NCBI GenBank assembly: GCA_041918175.1
Contig: JAYRWE010000039.1
Span: 50,547-114,546 of the forward strand
Direction: 5' to 3'
Length of the DNA stretch: 64,000 nt
Source: a bacterium
GTDB taxonomy: Bacteria; Zhuqueibacterota; Zhuqueibacteria; Zhuqueibacterales; Zhuqueibacteraceae
Positions 61,899-64,000 of the stretch are shown here, piece after piece. How positions within the stretch are numbered: position 1 is the stretch's first letter; every line of letters starts with the position of its first letter. The notes below the pieces were generated by a model that did not search any database, was not told the origin of the DNA, and saw only the letters and a program-made list of their open reading frames with translations. The position numbers were made by a program, and so were the translations under genes.

Positions 61899-63332
61899 CT
61901 AGACCTTCACCGTTTTCCATCCGCCTTTTTTGAACAGCCACAGTGTGAACAATCCCGCAGCGGTTTCGGAAATAAAGATCGCCCAAAACACGCCGGTGTA
62001 ATTCATGCCGAGGGTTTTTGCCATTACGTAGGAAAGCGGAATTTGCATGAGCCAGAAAAAGACGAAATTGATCTTCGTCGGCGTGGCGGTGTCGCCGGCG
62101 CCGTTGAAGGCTTGCACCGCGACCATCCACCACGCGTACACAAAATAGGAATACGAAACGATGGTGAGCCATTGGCTGCCGATGGCGATGACCTCGGCGT
62201 CATTGGTGAAAATGCGCATCAAGTTTTCGTCGAACAGAAAATAAAAAATCGAGACGCCGATCAGAAACAGCATCGTCCAAAAGCCGGTAACCCAGACGGT
62301 GCGTTCCGCGCGCTCAGGCTTTTGTGCGCCGAGATTTTGTCCCACGAGTGTGGCAACGGCGTTCGACATGCCCCAGGCAGGCATGAGCGTGAACATCATA
62401 ATGCGCAACGCGATCGTCGCGCCGGCAACGGCCTGGCTGCCAAACTCCGCGACGATGCGCATCACGAAAAGCCATGAGGTCGTTCCCAAAAACATTTGGC
62501 CGATGCCGCCCCAACTCGTGTGAATGATGTTGGTCGCGCTCTCCCAATGAGGGCGAAGATGTGCGCGCAGCACACGAATGTGTTTGCCGCCGCGAAAGAG
62601 CACCCACAATTGCATGAGCACGCCCGCGCCGCGTCCGAGGTTGGTGGCGATGGCCGCGCCCGCAATGCCCAACTCGGGAAACGGGCCCCAGCCGAAAATC
62701 AATATCGGATCTAAAATAATGTTGATGCCGTTGGCAAACCACAGCACGCGCATGGCAATCGCGGCGTCGCCGGCGCCGCGAAAGATCGCGTTGATCACGA
62801 ACAGCAGCATGATCACGGCGTTGCCGCCCAACATCCATTGCGTGTAACGATAGCCATGTTCGAGCGTCCACGCATCCGCGCCCATCAACGTGAGCAAATC
62901 TTTCGCAAAGAAAATTCCGGCGAGGGCAAAGGGCACCGAAGCGAGCACGGCAATAAAGATCGCTTGCACCGCGGCGAGGCCCGCGGCTTCGCGCTCTTTC
63001 TCGCCGATGCGCCGCGCGACGATCGCGGTCACCGACATTGCCAGCCCCATGCCTACGGAATACAACAGAAACATGAACGTTTCCGTCAAACCCACCGTGG
63101 CAACGGCCGAGGGCCCGAGGCTGCCGACGAAATAAATATCCACGATGGCAAACGTGGATTCCATAATCAATTCCAAAATCATCGGCACGGCGAGCAGAAA
63201 GATGGCTTTGCCGAGATTGATTTGCGTGTAATCCGCCTCCGTGCCGCGAATCGCGTTTTTTAATTCCTGCCAGATGGAAGTGGCGGAGGGCTGCGTTTGA
63301 TTGGGTAATGCCAGCGTTGCTTCGTGATTCAT
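61899..63332 (-). CDS. MATE-family efflux transporter
   Basis: 477 aa with 12 predicted TM segments. VPMILELIMESTFAIVDIYFVG and GAGDTATP are typical MATE blocks. Confidence 0.9.
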   Translation of the reverse strand: MNHEATLALPNQTQPSATSIWQELKNAIRGTEADYTQINLGKAIFLLAVPMILELIMESTFAIVDIYFVGSLGPSAVATVGLTETFMFLLYSVGMGLAMSVTAIVARRIGEKEREAAGLAAVQAIFIAVLASVPFALAGIFFAKDLLTLMGADAWTLEHGYRYTQWMLGGNAVIMLLFVINAIFRGAGDAAIAMRVLWFANGINIILDPILIFGWGPFPELGIAGAAIATNLGRGAGVLMQLWVLFRGGKHIRVLRAHLRPHWESATNIIHTSWGGIGQMFLGTTSWLFVMRIVAEFGSQAVAGATIALRIMMFTLMPAWGMSNAVATLVGQNLGAQKPERAERTVWVTGFWTMLFLIGVSIFYFLFDENLMRIFTNDAEVIAIGSQWLTIVSYSYFVYAWWMVAVQAFNGAGDTATPTKINFVFFWLMQIPLSYVMAKTLGMNYTGVFWAIFISETAAGLFTLWLFKKGGWKTVKV

Positions 63333-63365
63333 TGTGTTTCCTTTTTTGCGTCGATTAAAATTTCC

Positions 63366-64000
63366 TCACGCGCCCTCGTATGCCCTCTGCAATGCGGCGA
63401 GATCAAACTTTTTCATGGGCAGAAAAGCCTGGGTCAAGCGCGCGATTTGTTCTTTCGAGCCCAAACGTATCTTCTCTTCCATGTCGACCGGCGCAATTTG
63501 CCACGAGAGACCGAACTTGTCCTTGAGCCAGCCGCATTGTTCCGCATTGGGATCGGCGGAGAGTTTTTCCCAGTAGTAATCAATCTCTTTTTGATTATCA
63601 CAAGAGACCATAAAAGAGATGGCTTCGTTGAAAGCGAACTTGTGCTCGTGCGCGCTGTCCATCGCCGCGAACCATTGGCCTTCGAGCATGAAGTCGGAAA
63701 ACATGAAGGTTCCTTCTTTGTCCGGCTCCATGCCCGAAGGATAACGCGCGATGAGGCCGCGTTTGGTGTTGTTGAAAACCGAGAGATAAAAGTCGCTTGC
63801 CGCTTCTGCTTTGCCGCACACGGCTCCCACAAACAGCAGCGAGGGAACAATGAAAGGCCGCTCTTCGCCCTCGGGATTCGTGAGAATGAGTTGCCACGAC
63901 AGCCCGTACTTATCCTGAATCCAGCCGTAGCGCTCGCTGAACGGATATTTGTCGAGCGGCATCAGTGCCGAGCCGCCTTGCGATAATTTTTCCCATGTTG
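63366..64000 (-). CDS. PhnB-like / VOC-superfamily protein with a duplicated domain (5' end outside the window)
   Basis: The listed ORF starts at an internal Met. The frame stays open to position 64000 (..TWEKLSQGGSALMPLDKYPFSERYGWIQDKYGLSWQL). This repeats the later block YYWEKLSADPNAEQCGWLKDKFGLSWQI, so an upstream domain copy is truncated by the window edge. Confidence 0.75.
   Translation of the reverse strand, partial: TWEKLSQGGSALMPLDKYPFSERYGWIQDKYGLSWQLILTNPEGEERPFIVPSLLFVGAVCGKAEAASDFYLSVFNNTKRGLIARYPSGMEPDKEGTFMFSDFMLEGQWFAAMDSAHEHKFAFNEAISFMVSCDNQKEIDYYWEKLSADPNAEQCGWLKDKFGLSWQIAPVDMEEKIRLGSKEQIARLTQAFLPMKKFDLAALQRAYEGA

Overview
This is a 64-kb, G+C-rich chromosomal segment that looks like an FCB-superphylum-type bacterium: a 1,962-aa surface protein ends in a T9SS/Por C-terminal sorting domain, and a bacilliredoxin sits in the suf operon. 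I call about 62 protein genes, roughly 50 on the minus strand. I recognised no rRNA, tRNA, CRISPR array, transposase, integrase or phage gene.

Core content, left to right:
- a giant LamG/crystallin protein gene that runs off the left edge and is invisible in the ORF track
- a thiolase / PLP-lyase / aldehyde-dehydrogenase cluster
- the phosphate transporter pstSCAB with two pstB genes, plus a phoU fusion
- enoyl-CoA hydratase
- a long suf Fe-S operon (rrf2-sufA-B-C-D-S-U ... sufT-brx-sufU2)
- rhodanese, rsmB, corA, glsA
- the giant T9SS surface protein
- a persulfide-dioxygenase/TusA sulfur cluster next to a LytS/LytTR two-component pair
- a BMP-type ABC importer
- a MoaD-like gene plus a BNR propeller gene
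- LysE, MATE and several small VOC/SRPBCC genes

Accessory content consists of small, A+T-richer toxin-antitoxin-like cassettes, several of them decayed. They include vapBC, hicAB, a TumE-like triplet, an AbiE-like remnant and a frameshifted Uma2 gene.

Strongest candidates for something undescribed:
1. a HEPN gene ATGA-coupled to a tandem BolA-like protein inside a metabolic operon
2. an AbrB-like gene GTGA-coupled to a stand-alone C39-like cysteine peptidase directly ahead of phoU-pst
3. PhoU fused to an ArsC/LMW-PTP-like domain that has lost all catalytic cysteines
4. two pstB paralogues with complementary motif degeneracy, implying an asymmetric heterodimer
5. at least five families of palindromic intergenic repeats, mostly sitting between cistrons, plus a (GA)19 microsatellite

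All start codons were chosen by eye. All family names are recognition from motifs, not database searches.
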